Source of the DNA: a virus
Lineage: Duplodnaviria; Caudoviricetes
IMG/VR virus record: IMGVR_UViG_3300032322_001062
Span: 1 to 63,108 of that record
DNA: 63,108 nucleotides
Direction: 5' to 3' (one strand)
Position 1 is the stretch's first letter, and every line of letters starts with the position of its first letter. Below the pieces are notes generated by a model. It worked only from the letters and a program-made list of their open reading frames with translations, had not been told where the DNA came from and ran no database searches. A program made the translations under genes and the position numbers. Of this stretch, positions 45,682 to 55,200 are shown piece after piece.

Positions 45682-46441
45682 CTGTGTAGGCTCCGAGGAG
45701 TTCATTCGTCCAGAAGTCATCGAAGGCAGTAGTCTGCCGGTCAACCATGCCCGGCACGGGCGGTCCATAAGTAAAGTGGATGCCGTTGATAGGCAGCGGC
45801 CGGTTGTTTTCTTCGGCGTCCAAGCCCTTGGTGGTGGTCGGGCTGTAGTTTGGGACCCAGTGCCACGACTCAGAAAGGTAACCGATGTCGGAATCATCGA
45901 GCCACTCGAAGGTGTGGAGGCGGTTGCCGCTGGCCATGTTGACCATCTCGACGGTCGGCAGCTTGGTGGACTTGAGGTTCCACAGCATGAGGGCCGACCA
46001 CAGTTTCCTGTTGTAGCGGGACTGCACCTGCCCGTCCATCTTGGTGGTGCCGGTCGGCGAGAAGTTATGGGGCACGACCATCACCGTCTTGGACGGGTCG
46101 GCTTCCTTCAGCAACTTATGGATATCGTCGAGCCACAACCAATCACAGTCGGTGAACAGCGCCCAGTCGGTCACGCCATCCAGCTTGGCAACGATGGGGG
46201 TGAGGAAGCGGGAGTGCGAGAACTGCACGCTGAACGGGCGGCCATCCCGCTCGTCCATGTAGGAGCCGTCCTCATTGATGCGCCACGGCCGATCAAAAAG
46301 CTGGCGGCGCCGCAGGTCCAAATGCTCTAGATGCCGTATCTCTACTGGCTTGCTGGCATATGCCCTGACGGACGACTCGGTTACACGGAGAGCCTCTGGC
46401 TCGCGGTGATCAACACCAATGTAATAGGCGAATTTCGACAT
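45671..46441 (-). CDS. Glycosyltransferase (GT-A fold, GT8-like)
   Basis: YIGVDHRE, FSHSRFLTP, ALFTDCD (DxD), RKLWSALMLWN, IHFTYGPP. Confidence 0.8.
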   Translation of the reverse strand: MSKFAYYIGVDHREPEALRVTESSVRAYASKPVEIRHLEHLDLRRRQLFDRPWRINEDGSYMDERDGRPFSVQFSHSRFLTPIVAKLDGVTDWALFTDCDWLWLDDIHKLLKEADPSKTVMVVPHNFSPTGTTKMDGQVQSRYNRKLWSALMLWNLKSTKLPTVEMVNMASGNRLHTFEWLDDSDIGYLSESWHWVPNYSPTTTKGLDAEENNRPLPINGIHFTYGPPVPGMVDRQTTAFDDFWTNELLGAYTDAR

Positions 46442-46447
46442 GCCCGC

Positions 46448-46476
46448 AGGATACTATTCCTGCCCAGACCTGTCAA
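46448..46476 (-). promoter_or_regulatory. Sigma70 promoter; probable leaderless glycosyltransferase mRNA
   Basis: TTGACA-N17-TATCCT, 6 nt before ATG 46441. Confidence 0.7.
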
Positions 46477-46493
46477 GAATTTTGTCTGACGCT

Positions 46494-47591
46494 TTAGTCT
46501 TCGTCATCCAGTAAAGCAAGACCGCCTGCGGCATACCGACGCCGGATGTCGATGATCTCAGGATCAAATACGACGTAGTTCTGGATGCCACCTTGATCGG
46601 CACTGCCGGGCGCTGTATAGCGAACGCCGGGAACACCCGCTTCTCGGAGCGCACCAGAGGCTTCTTCGGGTGTCATGTTCAGGCTGCGTCGATAAATGTC
46701 GCGCCCCGTATAGCTTGGGTCAACGTCTAGGTTAAAGCGTTGCAAGGCCCCACGAACCTCGGGTGTCTGGCCGGCTAGTGTCTCGTCCCAATTAAGGAAC
46801 TCTTGAGGCCGGGCGCGAACGTCGACCTCATAGATGTGGCCGGTAGGAATGTCGGGCAAAGCAGACCGGGGAACACTCTGCAATGCTTCAAGTCTAAGCA
46901 CTGGACGCAAAGCCGCATCAATGTACATTTGCCGTTCTTCGGGTCTGTACCTAGGACTTGAATAAAGCTGTCGCGTTTGTTCTAAATACTCCCTAGCGCG
47001 CTGCAAGTCCCTATCCAAATATTCTGGGCTTTGCTTATATTCACGCAATTCAATGGGAGAATATTCATATTGACCAATGCGAATATCGTCTTTAAAAGGA
47101 GTCAGACGATCCCGATAACCACGGGCAAGGTTTTCGCTTTCCGAAAGATTAACCCCCTGCCCGTAGGTTTTCGCGCCAGTGCCCGTCCCAATCTTGCTAA
47201 GATCAAATCGCTCAAAGGCATAGGGCGAGCCATGATAGGCGCGGATGAAACGAAGCAGGCGGTTGGCTTCGGCTTCGCTGGGTTCGGCTGCTGCTAAAGC
47301 TGCTGCCGCCGGGAGGCGAACCAGTCGCCCGCCGGGACCAAGTGCGACCATCAATGCTGCGTCGAGCGGGCTCTGGGGCAGCAACACGTCAGCGGCCAGT
47401 TGCCCCGCTTCGCGGCCAGCAGTACGCAGGGCCTGCATCTGCTCGGCGCGGGTTGGCTCAGTCGTCCGGCCGGTGTCCCGCTTCATCCGAGACAGCAGCC
47501 GCGCATCATACTCTTCGTCGGAAATCTCGCCGCCCTCGGCAAACCGCCGCTCAACGAAATCCATGAAGCGGGAGCGAGCGTCATCCGGCAT
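46494..47591 (-). CDS. Putative internal virion protein with an ADP-ribosyltransferase-like (polyvalent-protein type) domain
   Basis: AYHGSP..FERFD.SKIGTG.G...YGQG...NYVVFD; bracketed by FAEGG and YAAGG. Confidence 0.6.
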   Translation of the reverse strand: MPDDARSRFMDFVERRFAEGGEISDEEYDARLLSRMKRDTGRTTEPTRAEQMQALRTAGREAGQLAADVLLPQSPLDAALMVALGPGGRLVRLPAAAALAAAEPSEAEANRLLRFIRAYHGSPYAFERFDLSKIGTGTGAKTYGQGVNLSESENLARGYRDRLTPFKDDIRIGQYEYSPIELREYKQSPEYLDRDLQRAREYLEQTRQLYSSPRYRPEERQMYIDAALRPVLRLEALQSVPRSALPDIPTGHIYEVDVRARPQEFLNWDETLAGQTPEVRGALQRFNLDVDPSYTGRDIYRRSLNMTPEEASGALREAGVPGVRYTAPGSADQGGIQNYVVFDPEIIDIRRRYAAGGLALLDDED

Positions 47592-50500
47592 TAGAAGCCT
47601 CGCTCGTCAAGCATGCCACGGGTTTCGAGCATCTGGCGAATGGTTTCGCGGCTGCGCGGGGCGCCACGCTGGATGAGGCGTTCGGCTTCGGTGGTGCCTT
47701 CGAGACGGTCGCGCACGCGATCCATGATTGCACGCTGGGTAGCGGGCGTGCTTAGGTACACGGAGTCGTTGCGGCCACGGGCACGCAGGCGGTCATTGCG
47801 CGCACGGATATCGGCGCGCAGTTGATCAAGCTCCCGGTCGAACCGCAAAGCTGCTTCGTTGTCGCCGCGCTCTTGCGCCCGCACACTCTCTGCGATAAGA
47901 CGCGAAATAGAGTTGTTGGCCCACTCAGTGTAGGGGCGCGAAGCCTTAGAGTACTCTTCGGCGTAGCGGCGAGCCGTGCGCAGATCAAGGAACTCCGGCG
48001 GCGGCAGGCCCACCATCACGCGAATCCAAGTGGGTACGCCCTGCTCCTTGTCAAGCTCGGCGATCTGTTCGCGGGTGATGGTGGTGCGGCCTTCGGGAGT
48101 GCGCACTTCTCCGGTGCCATAGCCAAGGTTGATGCCGCGCACAAAGTTGCCTGCGAAGCGCGGCAGGATACTGGCGAGCGAGTTGAGGTAGTCGCCTTCC
48201 TTGGCGAACTTGTAAGCGTCAACGGCCATGCCGGGAAGCGACCCAACGGGACCGAGGAGAAGGGCAGGGCTTACAGCCATAAGGTCTTGGAACTGGAAGG
48301 GGTTCAGGCCAAGGCGCGTCGAACCGGTGAACATGCCCAGCGCATGCGGCAGGCCGCGCGTAACGAAGTCGGCCGTGAACTCGCCACCGATTAGAGGCAT
48401 GTTGAACGCATATTCGTAGAGGTCTTGGTCGAAGTTCTCAACGTCCTTCCAACCAAGCTTAATGACTTCTTCGAGAGCGTCGCGCAGAAGTTCTGCACCG
48501 GGGAAACCCCACACACCCGCAAGAACAACAAGCGGCACAGTATAGTATGCGAGGCCGAGGGCACCAACCTTGGCAAGTTCTGGGTTGCCTTCACGGACAC
48601 CGCGAAGAGCATTGGCGCCTTGGCGCAGAAATACTTCCGTCATCTTGAACGGATAGGACATAAACTGGAAGGCAACTTCGTTGACCGGCGTGGCGCGCAG
48701 AATCTTGGCGCGGTCTTCCGGGGTCATGATGAACTGACTGTCATCGACGCGGCTCATCGCGTATTCGAACGAGGCGTCAGGGCCCGTGAAGTTATAGCCG
48801 TCGATGCGGTTGGCACGCTCAATGACGGCCGGGTTTACTTCTGCGAGGCGGAACGCCGCAAGGAAGGCGGCGGCGCGGTTGATCTGTTCGGATGCCTGCT
48901 GCGGCTTACCAAACAGGTTGATCAGTGTGTTGAAGGCTTTGGCGACGGAAGCTGCCTTGGGAATGCCCGCGTTAATGAGGGTCTGGGTGCGGACACCTTC
49001 AGAGATGGCGCCCATGTCGACGGTCATGGCGGGAGGGAACGCACCAAGCTGGGCAGCCCGGCGAAGCGCCTCGCGTTCTTTGGGGGTACGGCCCGCATTG
49101 ACGACGGCGTTGTCGAATTGGCGCGTGTCGGTGCGAACCGCCTGACCAAGGTATTTGATGGCGTCGTTGAGGGCGCCCTGACCGATGCGCAGTGTCTGAC
49201 GAACATTACCGCTATCGCGCATGAGCAGAGGCATCGTGCTGTTGTACGTCGACGTGAAGTTCATCATCATCGAGTCCAGCGCCGGACCAATGAAGTAATG
49301 GAAGCCGAGGGTCTTCAGTCGCGCAACAAGCATAGACTCGACGGGGCGGCTGGCGTAGTCGCGCAGGTCGTTAAAGTATTCTTTGTTGGGCGCGTCAAGA
49401 TTTTCGATTGCCCTGTTGAACGCCTTGTTAGTGTAGGTGCGGGCCTGCAACTTGCCAAGGGCAGCCATGTGGCGGGGCACCACGTCCGTCAGGTAGGTGC
49501 CTGCGTCGAGCGCCGTGAACGGGATCATGATGCCTTGGTTGGGCCGCATGAAATCCTTGGCAGCAGCCTTGTCCAGCGAACTCATGAAGCTACGCAGGAG
49601 GTTCTGCGCCTCGCTGTCGTTGCGAATGCTGCGCACACTATCAAGCTGCTTCAAGAACTTAGCGAGGGCATCAGAGCCATCGCGGAGAGCAGAGGCTTCT
49701 TGGTCGCGGGTGAACTCGACAGGCGCAGGCGTGATATAGAACTTGTCAGGCGTGAAGCCACGGCGAGCAAGTTCTTCGCGCGCAAAGACTTCGGGGTCTG
49801 GGCGGCGACCACCCTTCTTGTTGAGGGGCAGCGGGTTGAAGGACACCATCTTGACCGGCTTGCCAACGCGCTGACCATCAGCGCCGCGCTTGTAGGCAGC
49901 GATGAAGTGCGTGCCCTGCGCCGTCATGGGCAGGTAGTAGGGGTTGCGGACGCGCTCGAACTCCTGCATGGTGCGGAAGCCTTCGGGCGATGCTTCGCGC
50001 AGTTCGGCTTGCGGGATTTCCCACAGGTCCTTGTTGCGGTTACGGCGCCAGAACTCATTGAGGCGAGCCTTGGCAACGGGGTCGGTCGTTGCCGTCGGAT
50101 CGAAATAGTTGATGGCGTTGGCAGCGGTCCAGTAGTCCCACGCACGATTGTTCGCGGCGACCTGGCTGTTAAAGAAGGCCCGCTCCGGCTCGGAGAGGGT
50201 GGCAACGCCGGGCGCTTCGCGGCCGAGAGTGGACGATTCTTCACGAAGGCGGGCCACGCGCTCCAACTGTTGCGACGTTAGGTTGCCGGCGCCCTCGGCA
50301 AGCAGCGGCTGGATTTCCGCATTGTATTGGTTGCCGCGCCGACGCATAGCGTTCATAACGCGGCCGACCGGACGCACAGCCGGGTTCAGCTTGGAGGCGG
50401 TGAGGATGGGCGAGTAGAACCAGCGGCCCATGAAGCCCATGCCCATCCGGGTGGCGCGCTTGACGGTCGCGTGAGCGGTGGCGGTGTCAGGCGGAAGCTG

Positions 50501-53020
50501 GCCAACGAGGGGCGAGTAGACGCCGTTGGCCGTCTGCGTCAAATCGACGTCGGCTTCGGGCGTGTTGTCCGACACAGGCGACCATTCCTGCGGCGGGTTC
50601 TGCTGTGTCATCTGCCCCGGCTGAGACTTCTCGGGGCTGCGCTCCGGGCCACGCGGGTTGGACGGCTCTTCGACCGTGGCCGGATCAATGCCGGGCACTT
50701 CCGCCAGTCTCGACTGCGTCGGGTTCGCCGCCGGGCGTCCAGCCCGAATATCATCTACAGTCTGCTGCAACCTTTCGGGCGTAGTCTCCCGCTGAACGCC
50801 GCCCACATTAACAGTCGTTCTCGCAGCCGGCTGCGCCGGTTCGGCTTTTCTCAGTGGACGGCGAGGACCAAACTGATCACCCTTGATTTCAATGTTTAAG
50901 GTAAAACCGTCCGTAACACCTTGGCCATATCCGTCAGGGTCTTGTTGCTGGTTCGCCCAAGATGCCGGTACGTCAACATACTGCAACTCAGTGTTCGGAC
51001 CACGATAATTTTCTGCGTATGTGCGCGACGAAGAAAACCAAGCGTCGCCCGTATACCTGCCGGGCGTAGCCGATCCATGATAAAGACGAACCATGCCGGG
51101 CGGAACAGGAGGTTCTACAGCAGGGGCGGCTTCGGGAGCAGCGGCCACGCGAACAAGTCGATCCGGCCGAGAACGAATATCATTCGAGCCGAAACTTGTG
51201 CGCTCACCGCGTTCACCGCGAACAGCCACACGCGGCCCTGCCGGCGTATCTATGGTATTTTCGACTGTCCACTCATTCACATTGCCGGTTTCACTTGTCG
51301 TGCGAACACGGTCACCCACGGCGATAGGCGCGCCCACACTGTCAACCACAGCGGGCGCGGCTTCGGGAGCGGGTTGCTGGCGGGGCAGGGTTTCGGCGCC
51401 GAAGCGGCGGGCCGTGAGCGGGTCGACCTGCCCGAGCGTGCCGGCTTCGATGGCTGCGTTGAGATCAGCGACTTCGCGCAGGGAGGCTTCCCGTTCGCGT
51501 TGCAGTGCTGCGGCTGTTGGGGCTGCTTCGGCGGCTTGCTGGCGGGGGCCGAACGAAACGCTGTAGCTGGTTGCGGTAGGCTTGGCTAGGATACCTTCTT
51601 CCGCCAGGCGGTTCAACTGCTCGGTAACGAATTGGCGTTCATCCTTCGTGAGGCGACGAGGCTCAATTCCGCTGGAGCGCAGCGCCGCGTTGGCCACGTC
51701 AATGGCCGAGAAGCGATTAAGGCTGGTGAGGTTGCCTTCTGCGGCTGCCTGCACCAGATTGCCGAGGAATGTGTCGGGCTGGGTAGCCGCAAAGTTGGAG
51801 ATGGCAGAGGTGCGGATGCGGCCGACTTCGCGCAGGTATTCGTTCTGGCGAGCGGAGTTGACCCACTGGGCGCGCGCTTCGGGCGTAGCCATGCCGGGAG
51901 GCGGCGCGAAGCTCGGGTTGGCAGCGACGGCGGCATCAACGTCTTCGGGCGTGCGCAGCAGTTCAGGCGACTGCGGAATGGGTGTCTGCGGAAAGAAGCC
52001 CTGTGCCGGGGCTGCCGGCTGCGGCTGCTGGGCGGCACGCTGTTCGTCGGCTTGGCGCTCAGTATCGGCCGCCGCCTGCTGCTGACGCTCGGCTTCGGAA
52101 GGACCCGCACGACCAATGGCACGAACGGCAGTGCCTGTGCCAGCACCACCAATGGTGCCGACGAGGCCCGCTTCCGCAACGCGCTCGGCGCGCTCGGCAA
52201 GGTTAGCTTCGCCAGTGGTAACGCCGATGGTGCCTTGGCGCAGAGTTTCGCCGAGGATTTCGCCTGCTGCACCGCCGGCTGCGGTCTGACGAATACCGCC
52301 TGCCCGACCACCAAGGATGCGCTGCGTCACGTTGCTGACGACACCGGGCGCGACTTGATTGCCGAGGGCACGGCTCAACGCCTGCTCGACATAACGGTTT
52401 TCGATGCGGCCAATGATCGGACCGAGGGTTACAGAGATGCGACCAGCGAGTTGCGGATCGACACCTTCTGCGGTAAGACCCTGATAGAGTTCGTCAATGC
52501 CGCCGGCAAGAAGGCTGCCGCTGACGCCAATGCGCGCGCCCGTTACAGCGCCCGGAACCGCGCCAGCACCAAGAGTTGGGACGCCGGCTGCGACAGCACC
52601 GATACCGGCGCCAGCAAGACCGCCTGCCAGAATGCCACCGATGGAGCCAGCAGCCTGGCCCGCGTAAGCTTTGAGCGCGTCGATGACGTTGAGGCTGGCA
52701 AGATCACGGAGTTCCGGGGCGCGCGTGCCTTGCTGGGTGTCGCCCTGCGTAGCCAAGCCTTCGCGGAAACGCTGAAGTGCAGCCCGTGTTTCGGGCGCGT
52801 CAATGGCAGCAGCGCCTGCTACGGCGGCGCCAACCGGCGAGGTGATCTGGCTACGGAACTGCTGACCGGCGCTCTCGAAGAAACCTTCGATGGGCATCTG
52901 GCGGCGCAGCGTCGGCCACCGATAGTCAACGTAAGCGAGTGCGTCTTCGCGGGAGGGCGCACCCTCAACAACGAAGATACGCCCGTCAGGAAGTTCGAAC
53001 TCGTAATTACCGACTGCCAT
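47591..53020 (-). CDS. Large internal virion/DNA ejection protein (1809 aa)
   Basis: Size and position after two other ejection-like genes; Gly/Ala hydrophobic N-terminal segments; embedded RLYHGS module. Confidence 0.7.
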   Translation of the reverse strand: MAVGNYEFELPDGRIFVVEGAPSREDALAYVDYRWPTLRRQMPIEGFFESAGQQFRSQITSPVGAAVAGAAAIDAPETRAALQRFREGLATQGDTQQGTRAPELRDLASLNVIDALKAYAGQAAGSIGGILAGGLAGAGIGAVAAGVPTLGAGAVPGAVTGARIGVSGSLLAGGIDELYQGLTAEGVDPQLAGRISVTLGPIIGRIENRYVEQALSRALGNQVAPGVVSNVTQRILGGRAGGIRQTAAGGAAGEILGETLRQGTIGVTTGEANLAERAERVAEAGLVGTIGGAGTGTAVRAIGRAGPSEAERQQQAAADTERQADEQRAAQQPQPAAPAQGFFPQTPIPQSPELLRTPEDVDAAVAANPSFAPPPGMATPEARAQWVNSARQNEYLREVGRIRTSAISNFAATQPDTFLGNLVQAAAEGNLTSLNRFSAIDVANAALRSSGIEPRRLTKDERQFVTEQLNRLAEEGILAKPTATSYSVSFGPRQQAAEAAPTAAALQREREASLREVADLNAAIEAGTLGQVDPLTARRFGAETLPRQQPAPEAAPAVVDSVGAPIAVGDRVRTTSETGNVNEWTVENTIDTPAGPRVAVRGERGERTSFGSNDIRSRPDRLVRVAAAPEAAPAVEPPVPPGMVRLYHGSATPGRYTGDAWFSSSRTYAENYRGPNTELQYVDVPASWANQQQDPDGYGQGVTDGFTLNIEIKGDQFGPRRPLRKAEPAQPAARTTVNVGGVQRETTPERLQQTVDDIRAGRPAANPTQSRLAEVPGIDPATVEEPSNPRGPERSPEKSQPGQMTQQNPPQEWSPVSDNTPEADVDLTQTANGVYSPLVGQLPPDTATAHATVKRATRMGMGFMGRWFYSPILTASKLNPAVRPVGRVMNAMRRRGNQYNAEIQPLLAEGAGNLTSQQLERVARLREESSTLGREAPGVATLSEPERAFFNSQVAANNRAWDYWTAANAINYFDPTATTDPVAKARLNEFWRRNRNKDLWEIPQAELREASPEGFRTMQEFERVRNPYYLPMTAQGTHFIAAYKRGADGQRVGKPVKMVSFNPLPLNKKGGRRPDPEVFAREELARRGFTPDKFYITPAPVEFTRDQEASALRDGSDALAKFLKQLDSVRSIRNDSEAQNLLRSFMSSLDKAAAKDFMRPNQGIMIPFTALDAGTYLTDVVPRHMAALGKLQARTYTNKAFNRAIENLDAPNKEYFNDLRDYASRPVESMLVARLKTLGFHYFIGPALDSMMMNFTSTYNSTMPLLMRDSGNVRQTLRIGQGALNDAIKYLGQAVRTDTRQFDNAVVNAGRTPKEREALRRAAQLGAFPPAMTVDMGAISEGVRTQTLINAGIPKAASVAKAFNTLINLFGKPQQASEQINRAAAFLAAFRLAEVNPAVIERANRIDGYNFTGPDASFEYAMSRVDDSQFIMTPEDRAKILRATPVNEVAFQFMSYPFKMTEVFLRQGANALRGVREGNPELAKVGALGLAYYTVPLVVLAGVWGFPGAELLRDALEEVIKLGWKDVENFDQDLYEYAFNMPLIGGEFTADFVTRGLPHALGMFTGSTRLGLNPFQFQDLMAVSPALLLGPVGSLPGMAVDAYKFAKEGDYLNSLASILPRFAGNFVRGINLGYGTGEVRTPEGRTTITREQIAELDKEQGVPTWIRVMVGLPPPEFLDLRTARRYAEEYSKASRPYTEWANNSISRLIAESVRAQERGDNEAALRFDRELDQLRADIRARNDRLRARGRNDSVYLSTPATQRAIMDRVRDRLEGTTEAERLIQRGAPRSRETIRQMLETRGMLDERGF

Positions 53021-53023
53021 CGT

Positions 53024-53911
53024 TTAGCGCCGCTGATCCGGCGGCACAAATCGTTCGCGCGTAACCGGCGGGTTACCTTGACCAGACTGCTGGCCGGTGC
53101 CGCCGGGTGTAGTGGCGGTGGCAGAGCCGGGCAACGGAAGCAGACCAAAGCTGGCAAGATTGTCGCGTTCGAGTTCACGCACACGAGCATTCCATTCCGC
53201 TTGGTCCATGATGCGGCTGGTCTGGGCGCGGGCGTTGCGTTCGTTGTCAGCCGCAGTACGGGCCTGCACCAGCGCGCGTTCGCGCAGGGCGTTTTCAGCT
53301 TGGGTGCTGAAGCGTGCAGTTTGGGTAGCTTGGACGCCGGGCAGCGTAATGCGCTGGTTGGGATCGCGGGAATTGATGTAGATGAGGTCGCCGGATGTGC
53401 GATCTTGGCCCGCGAGGGTCCAGTTTGCTGCGCCACCCCGACGGATTTCTTCGCGGATCTGGTCGATGCGGGCAGCAGTCAGCGGTTGTTCCTGTAGGCG
53501 GCGCGCACGGTCTTCTTCGAGACGGGCAGCCCGATCAGCAATTGTGCTTTCCTGTTCGACGACGCGGCGGAGTTCTTCTTGGCGAGCGCGTGCAGCCTGC
53601 TCACTGGATTGCAGACCTTCACCCAAAGCGGTAAAGAAGTTCGGGCTGCGCGAAGCCAGCAAGCCCATGCCGAGATCGCTGATCTGGCGGCTAGGTTCGT
53701 CGGCAACCTGCTGCTTGATGCGCTGACGCAGCGCGCCCAGAAGACCCTGCGGAGAGTTGGGGTCGGGCTCATTGCGGGTGACGGGCAGGCCGGCAGGAAT
53801 TTCTGCGGCCGGCGCCGTAACGAGGCTGCGCAGGCGTGCATTCAGATCGGGATTGGTAGTGTTCTCGTTGGGCGTGCCCAACGTAGAGAGCATTTCAAGG
53901 ACATTGGCCAT
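53024..53911 (-). CDS. Putative ejection/internal virion protein
   Basis: GMGLLA...ALGEGL followed by a coiled coil; synteny. Confidence 0.55.
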   Translation of the reverse strand: MANVLEMLSTLGTPNENTTNPDLNARLRSLVTAPAAEIPAGLPVTRNEPDPNSPQGLLGALRQRIKQQVADEPSRQISDLGMGLLASRSPNFFTALGEGLQSSEQAARARQEELRRVVEQESTIADRAARLEEDRARRLQEQPLTAARIDQIREEIRRGGAANWTLAGQDRTSGDLIYINSRDPNQRITLPGVQATQTARFSTQAENALRERALVQARTAADNERNARAQTSRIMDQAEWNARVRELERDNLASFGLLPLPGSATATTPGGTGQQSGQGNPPVTRERFVPPDQRR

Positions 53912-53937
53912 GGCAGGATTCCTGTCAGACGTATGGC

Positions 53938-55200
53938 TTAGGCAAAGGCGCCGGCTTGCATGGGAGCAAAGTCCGCACGCACAGCCTTGCGACCAGCAAT
54001 TTCAGTGACTTCTTCAGGATACATCTCTTCGACTTCTTGGGCAAGCGGGCCGATCACCTTCGGGTAGGTCTTGGGGTCACCCTCATATCGGAATGCGTAC
54101 ATCATCAGACCCGTCTCAGGATCTTCGCCCACCGGCTCGATGTCAGTCTTCATACGTTCGTCCGAAAGGAACGGCAGGTAACTAAGTGCTGCCGACCCGA
54201 TAGAACCCAGCGTCGAGCCAAGAGAACCGAGCCCCGACCCAATAGAAGAGCCAATCGCGGAAAGCCCGCTGCCGGCCGCTTGGGCACCAGAAAGAATTTT
54301 TGGAGCCTGAATGAGCGCGCCGAGACCTTGGGCAAGGATGTTGGAGCCTGGCTGCGTCGTAGTTTCATTCATGGACGAGCCGATGCCGAGAACTTGAGGC
54401 GACAGGCCAAGGCTGGAACGAAGAACCTCGATGCCACGAATTGGGAAGTCGCGCTCCTCCTCGAACTGCTGGCGAGCAAAGTCGAGTCGTGCCTGTTCAA
54501 GGCCGCGCTGCGCCTGCCCGGCCGTCGCAAGCGGGGCGACTTCAGTGCCGAGGCGGGCCGCCGTTTGGGTAATGCCTGTGCCGACTTGGCCGAGCGCACC
54601 GGAGTATAGCTGGGGGATGCGCTCTTGGTCGATACGGAACTGGGCGAGAGCTTGGTTGTAGGCGTTGGCGCGCTCGCGGGCAGACACGTCGCCGACGGCG
54701 CGCTGCGTGCGGCCAGTGAGTTCGCCTTCGGCAATGGCTTGACGGGAGCCGCCAAAGGCGCCAGTACGAGCAGCCTGTTGGCCGAGACGCAGGCGCTCCT
54801 TTTCAGCGGCTTCGCCAATGTCACGGAGGGCCGGCGCCAAAACGGCTTCGGTGTACGGCGACATGTAGCCGGTGAGATCGGTGTCCGGCAGGCGCGTAGC
54901 AAGACCACGCGAGGCAGCCACACCTTCGCGGACAAGCTCGGAGGTGAGAGGCGACAGTGCCCCACTGGTAGCCGCGACGTTGCGCGCAGCTTGGAAGCCA
55001 GCTAGTTCGTCAGGCGTAAAGTCCGCAATGCGTTGGGCGGTATACTCCTCGAAGGGCTGGGCAGCAAATGCACCAGCGCGGCTTAGGAGATCGCTACGCG
55101 CGGCCTGAACTTCGGCCGGCACGATTGGCATGGTAGTCGAAGACCTCTCAGTCTTCTGCGGGCCGAGACCGAGGGCGCGGCCGATAGCTTTGAAAACCAT
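53938..55200 (-). CDS. Putative ejection/pilot protein with a C-terminal peptidase S74 chaperone domain
   Basis: YMSPY...GAFGGSRQAI; SDERMKTDI...Y.FRY...GPLAQEVE. Confidence 0.65.
   Translation of the reverse strand: MVFKAIGRALGLGPQKTERSSTTMPIVPAEVQAARSDLLSRAGAFAAQPFEEYTAQRIADFTPDELAGFQAARNVAATSGALSPLTSELVREGVAASRGLATRLPDTDLTGYMSPYTEAVLAPALRDIGEAAEKERLRLGQQAARTGAFGGSRQAIAEGELTGRTQRAVGDVSARERANAYNQALAQFRIDQERIPQLYSGALGQVGTGITQTAARLGTEVAPLATAGQAQRGLEQARLDFARQQFEEERDFPIRGIEVLRSSLGLSPQVLGIGSSMNETTTQPGSNILAQGLGALIQAPKILSGAQAAGSGLSAIGSSIGSGLGSLGSTLGSIGSAALSYLPFLSDERMKTDIEPVGEDPETGLMMYAFRYEGDPKTYPKVIGPLAQEVEEMYPEEVTEIAGRKAVRADFAPMQAGAFA

Noticed and set aside
45682-45897. N-terminal extension of the 786-aa ORF as listed in the track
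   Set aside because: It overlaps the upstream glycosyltransferase by over 200 nt; ATG 45681 with a GGAG RBS is the more plausible start.
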